DNA from: Octopus sinensis
Lineage: Eukaryota
Direction of reading: 5' to 3'
NCBI RefSeq assembly: GCF_006345805.1
Contig: NC_043003.1
Location: 100,688,001 to 100,752,000, forward strand
Length of the DNA: 64,000 nucleotides
Part shown: positions 24,751 through 37,594 of the stretch, one piece after another
How the letters are laid out: each line of letters begins with the position of its first letter
Position numbering within the stretch: position 1 is the first letter of the stretch
Translations under genes and position numbers: made by a program
Notes under the pieces: model-generated
Told to the model about the DNA's origin: nothing
Database searches by the model: none
What the model saw: only the letters and a program-made list of their open reading frames with translations

Positions 24751-26559
24751 ACTACTCCCCACTATATTTGAGGTGTCTTGCCTAGCAAGTTACTTAGTGA
24801 CCTTGCTGCTGCCAGTGCCACATAGAAAGTACTCAGTACATTCTGTAAAATAGTTGGTATTAGGAAGGGCATCCAGCTGTAGAAACCATGCAAAAACAGA
24901 CAGCATATTTTGCAAGTAAAGGATCTCTTATTTCACATATGTATGAAGGTGCAAAGCAAACAGACAAGTTGTTGACAGAACAAGCAAGAATGACAATGCT
25001 TTTAGTAACTGCCACCATGTGCAATAAGTGTTGATTTCTATGTAAGAAGGAGTATTTTTTGGCTTTCCTTAGGTATTGGGAGTGTTCATCACTCATGAGA
25101 TCAGATTAGCTCAAAACACCTATACCTGATGATCTACCAATGACATTCTGAGAGAACCACATGTTTTCTATTTTTTTACACATTAGTCTTTTCTCTGAGT
25201 TTCTCTGAGACAAAATATTACAGCAAGTGCCATTCTACATTTACACACGCACACACACACACTATAAATGTCATACACTTCATTATTTTAATCTGTTTCT
25301 ATCTCAGGTGCATATATTATGTATGTGTCTATATATATAGAAGTATGCATGCATGTGTATATATATATATATATCTATTCTAGACTCTTTGTCTTGTCAT
25401 ATACTTAGATTCTTATAACTGTTCATTGGTACACTGCATTAAATAGATAGATCATCATGCTGGAATATTGTTAATTATATGTATCGTATATGTTAACACA
25501 GTCAATTGAATTGTGCTCATTGCACTACATAAATGATAGGATCATCTAAAATCACACAAAACCAGCCATATTGGCTGATGAATGCAATCTCATGTTTTTA
25601 GAATTCTGTTAGGGTTTCATTTATGGGCAAACATATAACTTGCACAAGTATTGTGTGTGTGCGTGTGTTAAAAGCTAAGTATGAGAGATATAGATGGGGA
25701 AAATTAGATGACTTGATACTTAGTTTTCCCAAGAATACTGATAAAATCAGTAAAGCATTTGTGTTGATAACATTGGAAAAAAATATGAAGTTGCAGCCAG
25801 CAAGTACAGGTGTTTTCCTATCCCATCTCAACAAACAGTATGCAAGGTTAAAAAATAAATTTTGCCTGCCATAAAGCCAAATTCTCTACTACATGTAAAT
25901 TTTATCCTATATTCATGGAAATGATATGGTAAAACAACTATTCTCTTTCTCTGCTGAGCTGTCAAATATGTGTAGACTCTTGTATAACATATCAGTTGAC
26001 AGTTGTGCTAATGATGATCTCCATCATTATTATCAGAATCATAATTGTTATGGTGGGGGTAATGATGATCATAGCAACAGCAATAGTGATATTGTAAGAT
26101 GATAAATGAGGATGAATGATGATCCATATTAATGATGATGGTGATACTGATGAATGATGGTGGATGATGATTTAGTGATGATGATAATGATGTTGAGGAC
26201 AATGATGGTGATGCTAACACTAATTCTGTCAATGACATTACCCACAATTCACTTGTCTCTACACTTCTCATCACCTTCACAGTGTCCAACCCACAACTTA
26301 GGCCATACACTAAGCACAGTTACTTGGTTTTTGCTAATTAATTTTAAGGGCCTTTAATTCCAGGTTTGTTTCCAGCATAGAGTTATCAACATAGAAAAGT
26401 TTCCATGGGCAACCAGTCTTAAATTCTTCTGTCATGGCCTGGAGGACAGCAATGCTACATGGTTGTGAAGCTTGGGCTGTGAATGCAGAGGAAATGTAAA
26501 GACTAAAAAGAAATCCACAACCCCAATAGTGAAACGTGGGCTGTGAATGCAGCAGACAT

Positions 26560-27450
26560 GTGAAAGGTTGAAAGAAATGAAGCTAGCATGTTCTGCTGGA
26601 TGTGCAGCATCAGTGTGCATGTACAACAAAGTGTGAATGTGTTTAGAGAAAAATTAGGTAAAAGAGGCATCAAATGTAGAGTGCAAGAGAGAGGACTATA
26701 GTCATATGGTCATGTGATGCATATGGATGAAAACAGTTGCATAGAGAAGTACCAATCACCAAATGTGCATGAAATTTGTGGAAGAAGGAGACCCAAGATA
26801 AAGTGGTGAAAAATGACCTCCAGATGTTGAACCTCATAGAGGAAACAGCTATGCTCCTGCACACAATGTTCTGACAAATCTCTTCCCAACTACTTGTCTT
26901 CCTAATACCTCCCCTCCAACTGTGTTCACCACTCACTGGGTTCCCCTCCTCTCTATCTCTCACTCTCATGAACTTACTTGCCCATTCCCCACATCCAATC
27001 CTTTGTACCAATCCACTAATACACATTTCCCTGTTACTTGAGGGTAGAGCCTGACACATCTTCACCACCCGCTTCTCTTTCTCTCACTCTCTTCCAACTG
27101 GGGTAGCTATGTATCTCCTCTACAACACGACACCTGATTTTGTCCCTCTATCATACCTTAACCTCTCATCACCTGACATAAAGCTACTTCCCTCAACACT
27201 ACTCTCCCACCTCAGCTAAAGAGTCTTGTCTTGCAAGTTATTTGGCAGTCTTGTTGGTGCTGGAGCTTGTAAAAACACCCGGTACACTCTGTAAACTGAT
27301 TGGTGTTTGAACGGGCATTTAACTGTAGAAATCATGCTAAAACAGACAGCAGAGCATGGCACAGCCTCTGGCTTACCAGCTCCTGTCAAACTATCCAACT
27401 GATGCCAGCATGGAAAACAGATGTTAAATGGTGATGAGGATGATGAGAAT
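26560..27450 (+). mobile_element. Old RTE-related 3' fragment
   Basis: gtgcaagagagaggactatagtcatatggtcatgtg...gaagaaggagacccaag resembles the 3' coding end of the 11.5-kb RTE; ends ccagcatggaaaacagatgttaaatggtgatgaggatgat. Confidence 0.65.
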
Positions 27451-28959
27451 GATAATGATAAACAAATAATCTTTTTATAGAAGTAACAAATTTACTTAAT
27501 AAGAAAAATAACAACAGGAACATCGACTACTAGCATCAATGTTTTAACATTTGTTTCTTTGATCATACTAACATGTCTGCCACACAGAATATCATTACTT
27601 ATAGCAATATTATAATGAAGGAATATTCAACTATGTGAATATTTAATTAGTTAATTCATTACTACAGTATCTATTTAACAATAGATGGACAAATTTATCT
27701 CTGACACAAAGTAATCTTATCTGTTCCACTCAAACATAACTTCAAATTTCTTGCCAAAAAACATAAAAGAAGATATTTTTAGTTTGAACAAGTGAGAAAT
27801 GCTAAAAATGAAAATTGAATATACAAGTGAAAGATAATTCACAAGTGAAAGTAACCTAAGTTTTATTGATTTCAGTTCAAAACAATGAAGAAACAGCATA
27901 AAAGAACAATAATTGGAAGATAGAAAATGAACCAAGAAAAAAATACTAATGATTTCTAACTTTGGTGCCATGCCTTAACTTGCAGAAGAAAAGGATGTCG
28001 TCAATCAAAGCAATCCCAATGTATTTTCCTAGTGCTTATTTTTACTGATCAACCTCTAATTTAGAGGAATAAATTTTTAAAATATTGCATTGCATTTTGT
28101 TAATAACTATACAGGTTCAACTACAGCACACCTGTAAAAACAAGAAACAATGCTCACTTCTGACACACAATTTTACTGATTCCATTTATTAAGAATATAT
28201 GGTTTAAGCTGTCCTTGACTAACTTTCAACTGAAATATACTCCTTCAATGTTCTGATTAATTTTGAAAATAATCAAAAATTGAGAGTAAAATAATTAACT
28301 TTTTTTACTATAAAACTTGTTTTGGAACATAACCAAATTTTCTTGGATTATATTATGACTGAAAATTTTATTTAAAAATGAACACCTTAAAACAGGCTGG
28401 TATACAAAAAGTTTACTACTACTACTACTAGTGGTGGTGGTGATGATGATGATGATTCATTATCATTGGGAAGGAGGGGTATTATCACCATCATGATTTT
28501 TAGATGCTAGCATGGGTTAAATAAGATTCTCAAAGTAGTTCTCTATGGCCAGACACTCTTCATGCAGGTAAGCTTTATTTATTTCCCATAAGGTATTATT
28601 CTGCTGGCCAACAACTAAAACTGATTTTTATTGCTGGTTTAAACATTGACAATGTTTAAATATTGTCTCCTTTTTTCTAGGTTTTAAGTCTGTAAACAAT
28701 ATCAACACACAGATGGGAAGAGACAAACACACAAACACACACACACAGAACAGAACATAAAGAGCCAGAAGAAATGGTGTCAAGAATTTTGCTGACACAC
28801 TAATAATTCTACCTGCTCAACACTTTATACAACATTAATAGAGGGTATGATTGATTAAATCAACCACATCCTCTCTCAAGATTTAATGGCCTCATACCTA
28901 TGTTAGAAAATATTATCAAATATTAACAGGTTATAATGAATTGTGAATGTGGTATTTTT

Positions 28960-30030
28960 GGGAGCTTCCATTTGTAGTTGAACTGTGTCTGTCAGTGTGC
29001 TGTCTCTGAGATAGAGGACAATGTCACACTTGTCATATCCTTGCACAACCAGAAGTACAGCTATTTAATTTGCTGTTGGCACATTAAACCTTCCTCCATG
29101 TTGACCAAATGGTTTCTTGTCTGATCTGATAACTACCATGTAATCCATGGAGTCAGGTGGAATTGTTTCAAGTGCAGTCTTGAAGCCTCTGATCAGGTTG
29201 TTGCTGTTATGCAGCATCTTTTGAAGAGACACTACAATGCTCATCCTCATGCCAGAAATGTTCTTGCACCTCCCTTGGCCTTCTTGCTGAGAATCAGCCG
29301 TAAAATATATTTGAAGGAATTTTGGTGATTCATTTGACAGAGGTAGCAGAGAGCCAATCTGATTATAAATCTGACCTTGCACCTTGAAATTTTGCATGAA
29401 TCCTGGCTCAGTTATATCACGTGTGGCTCCAAATGATGTCATCTGTAGTGCAGCTTTGTACTGTCTAATTTTGTTTTGAAAGTGCTTGGAATCTTGGTCA
29501 GTTGGTAACAACAGTTTCTTCAATTGCTCTAGAGGTTGGGGGATTGCAGGGAGTTTAACCTTTCCACCACTGCAGCACAGTGCAGGTGTCTCTACAGACT
29601 ACTTCTTTGCTTTATAATGTATGCACTCAGTTGTCATTGCACAAATGGAAACTCTAGTGTCATCTGCATAATGAACTGCTGGATCATAATTGAAAGCTGC
29701 TTCATAGAAGCAACTGCTCTTCGTTTTGCAGTGGAGATCCTATTCTTTATCAGCCGTGCATACCACTGTTCATCACTTTGAGATGCTCTGACTTTTGTAG
29801 TGCACAGTCTGTTTGTTTCTTGGCATGCTTCCCTTTCTGCAGCTATCTCTCTTTCCCTGGACAGTGACATTCTTTTGGCTGACCTTGATACTGTAGGCAA
29901 ATTTGCATAAGTACAGATTTCTGTCACCCGCCCCCTGACTTTGGATGCTCACAACTTTCAGAAAAATGGATATTTTGTAATGAAATTGTCTACGAATATG
30001 TGTTATATAATGTAGATTCCAAATATGCAA
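28960..30030 (-). mobile_element. Degenerate Helitron RepHel 5' coding fragment
   Basis: LCCSGGKVKLP, IRQYKAALQMTSFG, FKVQGQIYNQIGSLLP, KFLQIYF, RFNVPTAN: hallmark Helitron N-terminal motifs. Confidence 0.88.
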
Positions 30031-30983
30031 TCCCAGATAAGTCATCTTAGTAACATATTTCTGTGTACCAGACCTTTAGCTGCTATTTTTAGCATAATGA
30101 GGTTTCTGGTGAGGGTTTCATTTGCCTTCATTGCCTATTTGTTGCTTCAGTGGAAATCTATGGATGCACAAACCCACAAAACAGAGAAAATGAAAGAAAT
30201 ATGGACGACTTGTTCAGAAACACACCCAAGTGGGGAACAGGTCTCAAAAGTAACCCTCAATTGTTTTCTCCCCAAATTCCTATGTCCTTGGGATCTACAT
30301 AGTCCGAGGTATATTTGTAGAGAATTTCATAAAACAATATACATTTTCTTGAAAGTGAAGACGAATTGAAGTGGACTCCTATGAATTTTCAGAAATTCCC
30401 CACCCCTCCTAAAACATTTCTCCCACAAAATTTTGTATATTGGGGTGGGGGTAGGGAATAGAAATCTGTAGTTATGCCGATAAATTTGACCCTTTCCTCC
30501 TAGGCATCGTTATATACAGAAATACACAAGTGCAGAAGATAGTAAACAATGAAAATAACTTGGTAATGGAAATTATGTTTCTTAATACAACGGGCAAAAA
30601 GTAAATAAGAAATTTTGATGGACAATAAAGTATTGTATGGGTTGAAGCAAAATTTGTCTCTCAGTGAACCAAAGAACCAGTATCAAAGGAACCAGAAAGA
30701 AACCATCAACAACAGAGAAACACAAAACCATATGGATTGAAGTGGAATTTATGAAGATACCTCCGTCAGTAAATTATGAAATTACTTACATTAGTAATTG
30801 TGAACTTCTTTCTGTCAGTAATTTGTTGTTGTTTGTTTGTAAATAGCGATAGACAGTTTAGACTTACAGTGAAAACAATAACATGGAAGTTAAACAATGG
30901 TGTATGAAAACTGAAAGTGAAAAGAATAGCGTCTGAAAAATGAAAGCTAAAACAAGAGATATAGCTAGAGAGATTTGTTACAT

Positions 30984-31295
30984 CATCATCATCATTGTTC
31001 GACCGTGGTCGAGACAATGGAATTTACCATGCTACGCCAGACTTCACGGTCATCATGGCATTACGGAGGTCCTGTTGCTGGATGCCTGTATCCCTGGAGA
31101 TTACATCAGGGTAGGAGAGTGTGCGCCCTCTGGTATTGCGAGTAGATGGCTTCCAGAGGAGAAGAGTAGAAATTACCTCTTTTTCAGCTCTACAACAATG
31201 TCCAGCAAACTGGACTCTCCTACCTTTCACAAGAGATGACACAGGTAGTAGTTTCTCATATATTTGCATTTTGGTTGGATGGCGCTTCCACGAGA
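30984..31295 (-). mobile_element. Short 5'-truncated RTE-type LINE 3' end (different family)
   Basis: RRVQFAGHCCRAEKEVISTLLLWKP...RGRTLSY followed by a (GAT)n tail. Confidence 0.75.
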
Positions 31296-31459
31296 GATTT
31301 GTTACAAAGAGACAGAGATAGATAGAGAGATATACATAAAGAGATATGTTAAGTCACTGTCACTAGAAAACTGTAAGTAAATATTTAAAAAACTTTCAAA
31401 GACATGAACGTAATATAAAAAGCAATATTTTTTATTTTTAATGATTTTTAATAAAAAAA

Positions 31460-31975
31460 GACACTTGCTCAAGGTGCCACACAATAGGACTGAACATGAC
31501 ATTATGTGGTTGGGAAGCAAGTTTCTTACCACATAGCCATGCCTGCACCTATGTATATGAATATATATATATATATATATATATTCTTCTTTTTTTCTAC
31601 TTGTTTCAGCCATTTGATTGCGGCCATGCTGGAGCACCACCTTTAGTCAAACAAATTGATCCCAGGACTTATTCTTTGTAAGCCTAGTACTTATTTTAGC
31701 AGTTTCTCTTGCCAAACTGCTAAGTGACAGGAACGTAAACACACCAGCATCAGTTGTCAAGCAATGATGGGGGGACAAACACACATATATATGATGGGCT
31801 GCTTTTAGTTTCCATCTACCAAATCCACTCACAAGGCTTTGGTTGGCCTGAGGCAATAGTAGAAGGCACTTGCCCAAGGTGCCAGGCAATAGTAGAAGGC
31901 ACTTGCCCAAAGTTCCACGCAATGGGACTGAACCCAGAACCTTGTGCTTGGTAAGCAATTTACTTACTACACAGC
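31460..31975 (-). mobile_element. SINE head fragment plus full SINE copy (same family as 9370)
   Basis: Shared acacttgctcaaggtgccac...gggactgaacc head and aagcctagtacttatt / ttccatctaccaaatccactcacaaggctttgg body. Confidence 0.8.
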
Positions 31976-32019
31976 AACAAATATATATTCATACCTCTGC
32001 AAATATATATATACATACA

Positions 32020-32822
32020 TAAACAGTAAAGTGAGTAGTCACATCAAAGTAACAGCTGAATGTTACTACTAGTTTAACCCCAGGAAGAGTGTCCACCCAC
32101 TCATTTTCAGTGCAATGTTCTGCACCCTTTATATATAACACATCACTAGCAGGGGGAGCAAACCCCTACTACCCTCCAGCAGCTAACAGAATTGCTGGAC
32201 TGGCTCAGTTTGGCTCTTCCTCAGCCGCATGCACTTGCGCACTGGGGTGATAGCTAGGATCCACTTCTGCCAGTGATATATTGTAAACAAAGTGACCATC
32301 GGTCACTGATATGCAACAAGGAACATAGCTAGTTCTAAAATCTCAAGAAGAGATAGAGTAGTAACATAAACTAAACAGTAAAGCAAGTAGCCACATCGCT
32401 TTACTGTTTAATATACATTACTACTCTATTTCTTCTTGAGATTTTATAACTAGCTATTTTCCTTATTGCATATCAGTGACTGATGGTCACTTTGTTTATA
32501 TATTGCTGGCAGAAGTTGATTCTAGCTATCATTCCAGTGTGCAGGTGTGCATGGCTGAGGATAGCCAAATAGCTTGAAACCAGGCCAGTCCAGCAATTCT
32601 GTTAGATGCTGGAGGGTAGAAGGGGTTTGCTCACCCTGGTAGCGATGTATTGTATATAAAGGATGCAGAACATTGCACTGAAAATGAGCTGGTGGACAAT
32701 CTGTCTGAGGTTAAACTAGTAGTAACATTCAACTGCCACTTTGATGTGGCCACTCACTTTACTATTTAGTATACGTTACTACTCTATCTCTCCTTGAGAT
32801 TTTAGAACTAGCTATTTTGCTT
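32020..32822. repeat. Tandem-plus-inverted ~350-bp repeat, probably old PLE pseudo-LTRs
   Basis: Unit start taaacagtaaag at 32020 and 32372; the right arm 32398-32822 is the diverged reverse complement; degenerate hammerhead-like core at 32552-32590. Confidence 0.7.
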
Positions 32823-33379
32823 ATATATACATATATATATCTGGTGATATGACGTTTTTAAGAAGACCCACCCATGTCAGCAAAACAGTTCTAGAAGCAT
32901 TGTGTCCCACTCACACTTAAGAAAACTTCTCACATTCCATACCACAACAAATCAAACTACATCTCTCTGTCTCTTCTCTTTCTCACATTTCCACTTCATG
33001 CACTATGCTTACCTCCCACTCCCCAATCCTGTCCACTTGGCCCTGTCTCACTGTTATCAGATAGCCCCCAACCTGTGTGTTCCACCCACATGTAACAAGA
33101 AAACTTTTCATACACCATACCCCAACAAACCAATCTACACCTCTTCTCTTCCTCACATTTCCTCCTTCATACACTATGCATACTTCTCACTCCCCAGTCC
33201 TTTCCTCACAGCCTTATTTCTCTTTCATAGGTTTTCGCCACTCACTCCTCGCCCTCTACATTCTCTAATCATGCTTCTTTCACAATATCCTAACACTTAT
33301 ATTATGACCTTCAAACCTCAAGGGTATGCCCTAGCACTTACCACCATCTATATCACTCTCTTCCTTTACTCAACTATCT

Positions 33380-33900
33380 CATTTATATTCCAATACTTAT
33401 CCCTTGTGTATACACCTGGCACTTTGCCACCATCTTTATCCTACCATCTCCCACTCTGTCCCTCCTTATCCTGCACTTCCCTCAGCTTAGGTAACCATGT
33501 ATCTCCTTTGTGGCAGCACACCTGTTTTGGTCTTCATTCCTGATCTCTCTCTCTCTGGTCAGATAACCTTGTACCTCTTCTACAGCAAGACACCTGTTTC
33601 TGTCTCACCATAACCTTTCAACATCTAACACAAGATCACCTCCTCCAATGCCCCTTCTACTCTCAAAAGATTTTTTGTCTTGCAAGATACTTGGTGACCT
33701 TGTTGGTGCAGGTGCCACTTAAAAAGCATCCAGTCCACACTGTAAAGTGGTTAGCATTTGGAAGGGCATCCAGCTACAAAAATCCTGCCAATACAGTCAC
33801 AGAAGTCTGGTGCAAGCTTTTACCTGGCTGGCTCCTGTCAAACCATCCTACCCATGCCAGCATGGAAGGAGGACATTAAATGATGATCATGATGATATAT
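33380..33900 (+). mobile_element. RTE-type 3' UTR/tail fragment
   Basis: gaagggcatccagct...aaccatcctacccatgccagcatggaa...taaatgatgatcatgatgat tail shared with RTE copies. Confidence 0.6.
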
Positions 33901-33979
33901 ACATATAATATATATATATATATATGTATACCAGAGTAAACACATAAATGTGAAACAAGGTGGAAAAAAGAGTACAAAG

Positions 33980-34010
<31 letters not shown>

Positions 34011-34212
34011 TCTTTTACTTGTTTCAATAATTTGACTGCAGTCACGCTGAAGTACTGCTTTAAAGGTTTTTTAGTTGAAGAAATTGAAACTAGGACTTAT
34101 TCTTTATAAGCCTAGTACTTATTCTACAGGTCTCTTTTGTTAAGTTAAGGGAATATAAACACACCAACACCAGTTGTCAAGTGATGATGGAGGAACAAAC
34201 ACAGACACAAAG

Positions 34213-34285
<73 letters not shown>

Positions 34286-34407
34286 GTTGTTGTATTTAGG
34301 AATGGTCATTTTGCCAGTTTAGCCAATAAAAACACACGCACTATATATTTGGTGTTAATTTGCTTCAGCGTTATTTATTTTTTACATTAATCTTAATCTT
34401 ATTTTGG

Positions 34408-34447
34408 CCAGAGTTCTTTCGTCACACTCCTGTGACTGCATCAGTGG
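34408..34447 (-). ncRNA. Variant hammerhead motif
   Basis: Reverse complement: CCA CTGATG-CA-GTCAC aggagt GTGAC GAAA GAAC TC TGG. Confidence 0.6.
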
Positions 34448-34566
34448 TCCTTTGCTTTCTTCTTTTGTATTTTGAATTCCTATTGTATACAATAGGAATA
34501 CAAAATACAAAATGGCTGACCGTTAGTAAGGAGAGACACACAAATAAGAAAGAAGAAAGCAAAGGA

Positions 34567-34606
34567 CCACTGATGAGGTCACAGAAGTGTGATGAAAGAA
34601 CTCTGG
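34567..34606 (+). ncRNA. Hammerhead motif with an extra core nucleotide
   Basis: CCA CTGATGA G GTCAC agaagt GTGAT GAAA GAAC TC TGG. Confidence 0.65.
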
Positions 34607-35339
34607 CAGAAATACGATTAAGATTAATGCAAAAAGTAAATAACGCTGAAGCAAATTAACACCAAATATATAGTGCATGTGTTTTTATTGGCTAAACTGG
34701 CAAAATGACCATTCCTAAATACAACAACATCTGTTTTAACACACGATTTCACAACAAGAATCTTGCAAAACAAATATATAAACGTATATATATATATATA
34801 TATACGATGGGTTTCTTACAGTTTCCATCTACCAGATCTATTCACAAGGCTTTGGTTGGCCTGAGGCTATAGTAGAAAACACTTGCTCAAGGTGCCACAC
34901 AGTGGGACTGAACCTGGAACCAAGCCACTTAGCCATGCCTTCACCCATATATATATATATAAATTATTCTATAATTATATACATAATTATAACAAGGGGT
35001 CAGTTATGTGCCTTGCCATGTACTGAATTAGAAATAGATGCTAATGTCTTTCTTACTACCATAAAATCTCTTGTTATGATTATGTATATAATTATAGAAT
35101 AATTTGTAAAATTTACCTAAAAGGTTTTTTATTTACATACTGGGTACCTTGTAAAATTATTACTGATTTTACTCTATATTGTTAAAATTAATGATATCTA
35201 TCTATATATATATATATATATATAAAATATTTTTTAGTCTTGTTTCCCTTCTGCTGCTGCTGAGAGTGTTTGGGTCCCCCTTAGAGCAAGTTTATTCCTG
35301 CTATGATTACTTTTAATACAAGAAACATAAAAAGAAAAA

Positions 35340-35384
<45 letters not shown>

Positions 35385-36539
35385 TGAGAGAGAGTGATAG
35401 AAAGAGAGAGAGTTAATGTTTTGTGTGTAGCTTTTTTATTTTTCTTCACAGGAAGGAAGAAATCTGATAATGAGACAGAACAAAATCAAGCTTAGACCTG
35501 TTTCTTCAAATGAGAATAGGTGGAATTGTGAAGGAAAGAAGACAGAAAAAGAGAGTAAAGAATGAGAAAATTTCTTAACAAGAATGCCTGGTACCTGGGA
35601 ACAAATTTATGACTAGAATGATGGTAGTTATGAGATGGAGGGAGGGGGGGGGAAAAGAGAGAGAGAGAGAGAAAGAGATGGGAGAAACTTTGGGTTTGCA
35701 AATCAATACTTTAAATCATTATACTGAAGGATATTGGATGCCTGCCAAGTCATAACTTGACATTTTGTGATATTGGATGCATGCCAAGTTATTACTTGAC
35801 ATTTTGGGAAAAAGTCCTTGAGTACAGCCTTGCTTCAGTTAGAGCCTTATGAAGACAGCTGGGCTAGCAGAAACTGTGGATGCCCAACAGATGGACTGTG
35901 TTTTATGATATAAAGTTCTGGTCTTCATATGCAGCATCAGGTTAATTCTGCCTGAAGATTAGGTTAAGGTTACAAATGCCTGTGGATTATTCAGCCACTC
36001 ATAATTCAGTTCCACAAACTGAACATCTGGAACATATCGTTATTATCACCATTTTAATATACACTTTTCCATGCTTGCATGAGTTGCATGGAATTTACTG
36101 AAGCAAAATTTTAATGCTGGATATCTTATTTCCTCAAGGAGAGACAAGTCCTTGCAGGCTATTGTATGGCAGTGACACACATTTACAATCATCACACAAT
36201 GTCAAGACAAGGTGACACAAACGTACACACACATTTGTACAATAAGCTCCCTCTTATCCAGTACTCAAACTGGAACACTTAAGCAACCAGCATCCAGGAA
36301 AAAATTAGAGAAAATGTGTTCTTAGTTAGAGTCAAGAGAATTTGTACAAATTTTAATTATCATTAAAAAAAAGGGAAGCTTTTGCTTTATCTAAAATGCA
36401 TTGTTGCTTCACAAAGTAGAGTACAGCATTTTATTTAGCTGCATTTACAGTTACCTGTCAGAGTATGGAGTAGACAGGCATGGAGAAGTGTTGGGGATTG
36501 GTGATTTGCAGTGCTGTTCATGGGGGTTAATTTGTAACG

Positions 36540-37260
36540 GTGACCTTGGTGCAGGCGGTGCTAAGAGTGGCTGGTACTAAGGAGGTATATCCGGGTTGTT
36601 GGCAGCCAGTGGCTTGAAATTGACCAGAAGGGTATAGCTCTGGTGACAGCAATATGATACCTCATATTTCTTGTTGATGGATACTGTGGGATGGTAGATG
36701 ATATGCAGGTTTCCATGGAGGCACAGCTGGCAATTTGGTGAATATGGGGGTGCCCTGTTGATAACAGTCTACTTGATGCTGGGTGTTTTGTCTTGGAGGT
36801 CATGAAGTCTCCAGAGAAGTGGCGCTCTCTCTGTCTCTGGATCTAAATGAATGAAAGTGCTGGGAATATCTTCCCTTGAAGTCATTGGCTGCCATGCCTG
36901 TGTAGTGCCAAGTAATGCCATCGGATGGAGTAAGTGTGGCTCTATACTACAGCCCTTGAGAGGCAGGATCCTCCTAGAGGGCAGGTGGTAGGATTTCAAC
37001 AGTTGCAGGTTGGGGTTGGGGGTTGTATGAGTGCATTTTTACATCTGTTGATGCATGTGATGTTAGATACAATGTTGTCTAAGCAGAAGTAGCTTAACTT
37101 GACATTATGAGGGTTGAAGAGTTTGTAATATTTATGGCTTTTGGTGACGGTACTTGTGTGGAGTCTTGAATGTGTGGAAATGTTTGTTTCATAAATATTG
37201 TTTGTTTTGTCTGTGAGGATGTATAGATTGGAAGATTGTTTAATACTGGTCATGTAGTCT
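36540..37260 (-). mobile_element. Degenerate PLE derivative lacking the RT core but retaining the GIY-YIG region
   Basis: LYILTDKTNNIY (pre-RT motif) runs directly into YKLFNPHNVKLSY (post-RT), then CNC...CPLGGSCL..AVV linker and YTG motif in broken frames. Confidence 0.7.
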
Positions 37261-37470
37261 CTTCAATCAAATTCTCACTCAGACTCCAATGGCTGAAGAC
37301 TAGCCATGCACTTGAAACTCAGAGTACCAAGGATTCTGAATCAAACGGTTTTGATTTATATCTTTCTATCTGTCAGTCTATCTATCTATCTATACATACA
37401 TACATACATACATATATATATATGTGTGTGTGTGTATATATATATATATATACACACACATATATATATA

Positions 37471-37512
<42 letters not shown>

Positions 37513-37528
37513 CATATACATATATATA

Positions 37529-37571
<43 letters not shown>

Positions 37572-37594
37572 GTATATATATATATATATATATA

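Larger units (their letters stand above)
34284..34784. mobile_element. Inverted PLE pseudo-LTR pair centred at 34487/34488, same family as 55471-56749
   Basis: Palindromic centre attcctattgta|tacaataggaat; arms match the 3' end of the GIY-YIG element at 55.5 kb; a hammerhead motif in each arm. Confidence 0.85.
34008..34945 (-). mobile_element. SINE split at its internal microsatellite by a PLE inverted repeat
   Basis: SINE 3' half at 34008-34215 and 5' half at 34800-34945 flank the (TA)n-embedded insertion. Confidence 0.75.

Noticed and set aside
25120-25155. TGATGA...CTGA as a C/D snoRNA
   Set aside because: The boxes are only about 15 nt apart, with no terminal stem.
28105-28160. Minus-strand 19-nt microexon candidate after a strong polypyrimidine acceptor
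   Set aside because: Such signals arise by chance in AT-rich DNA; cannot be supported without RNA data.
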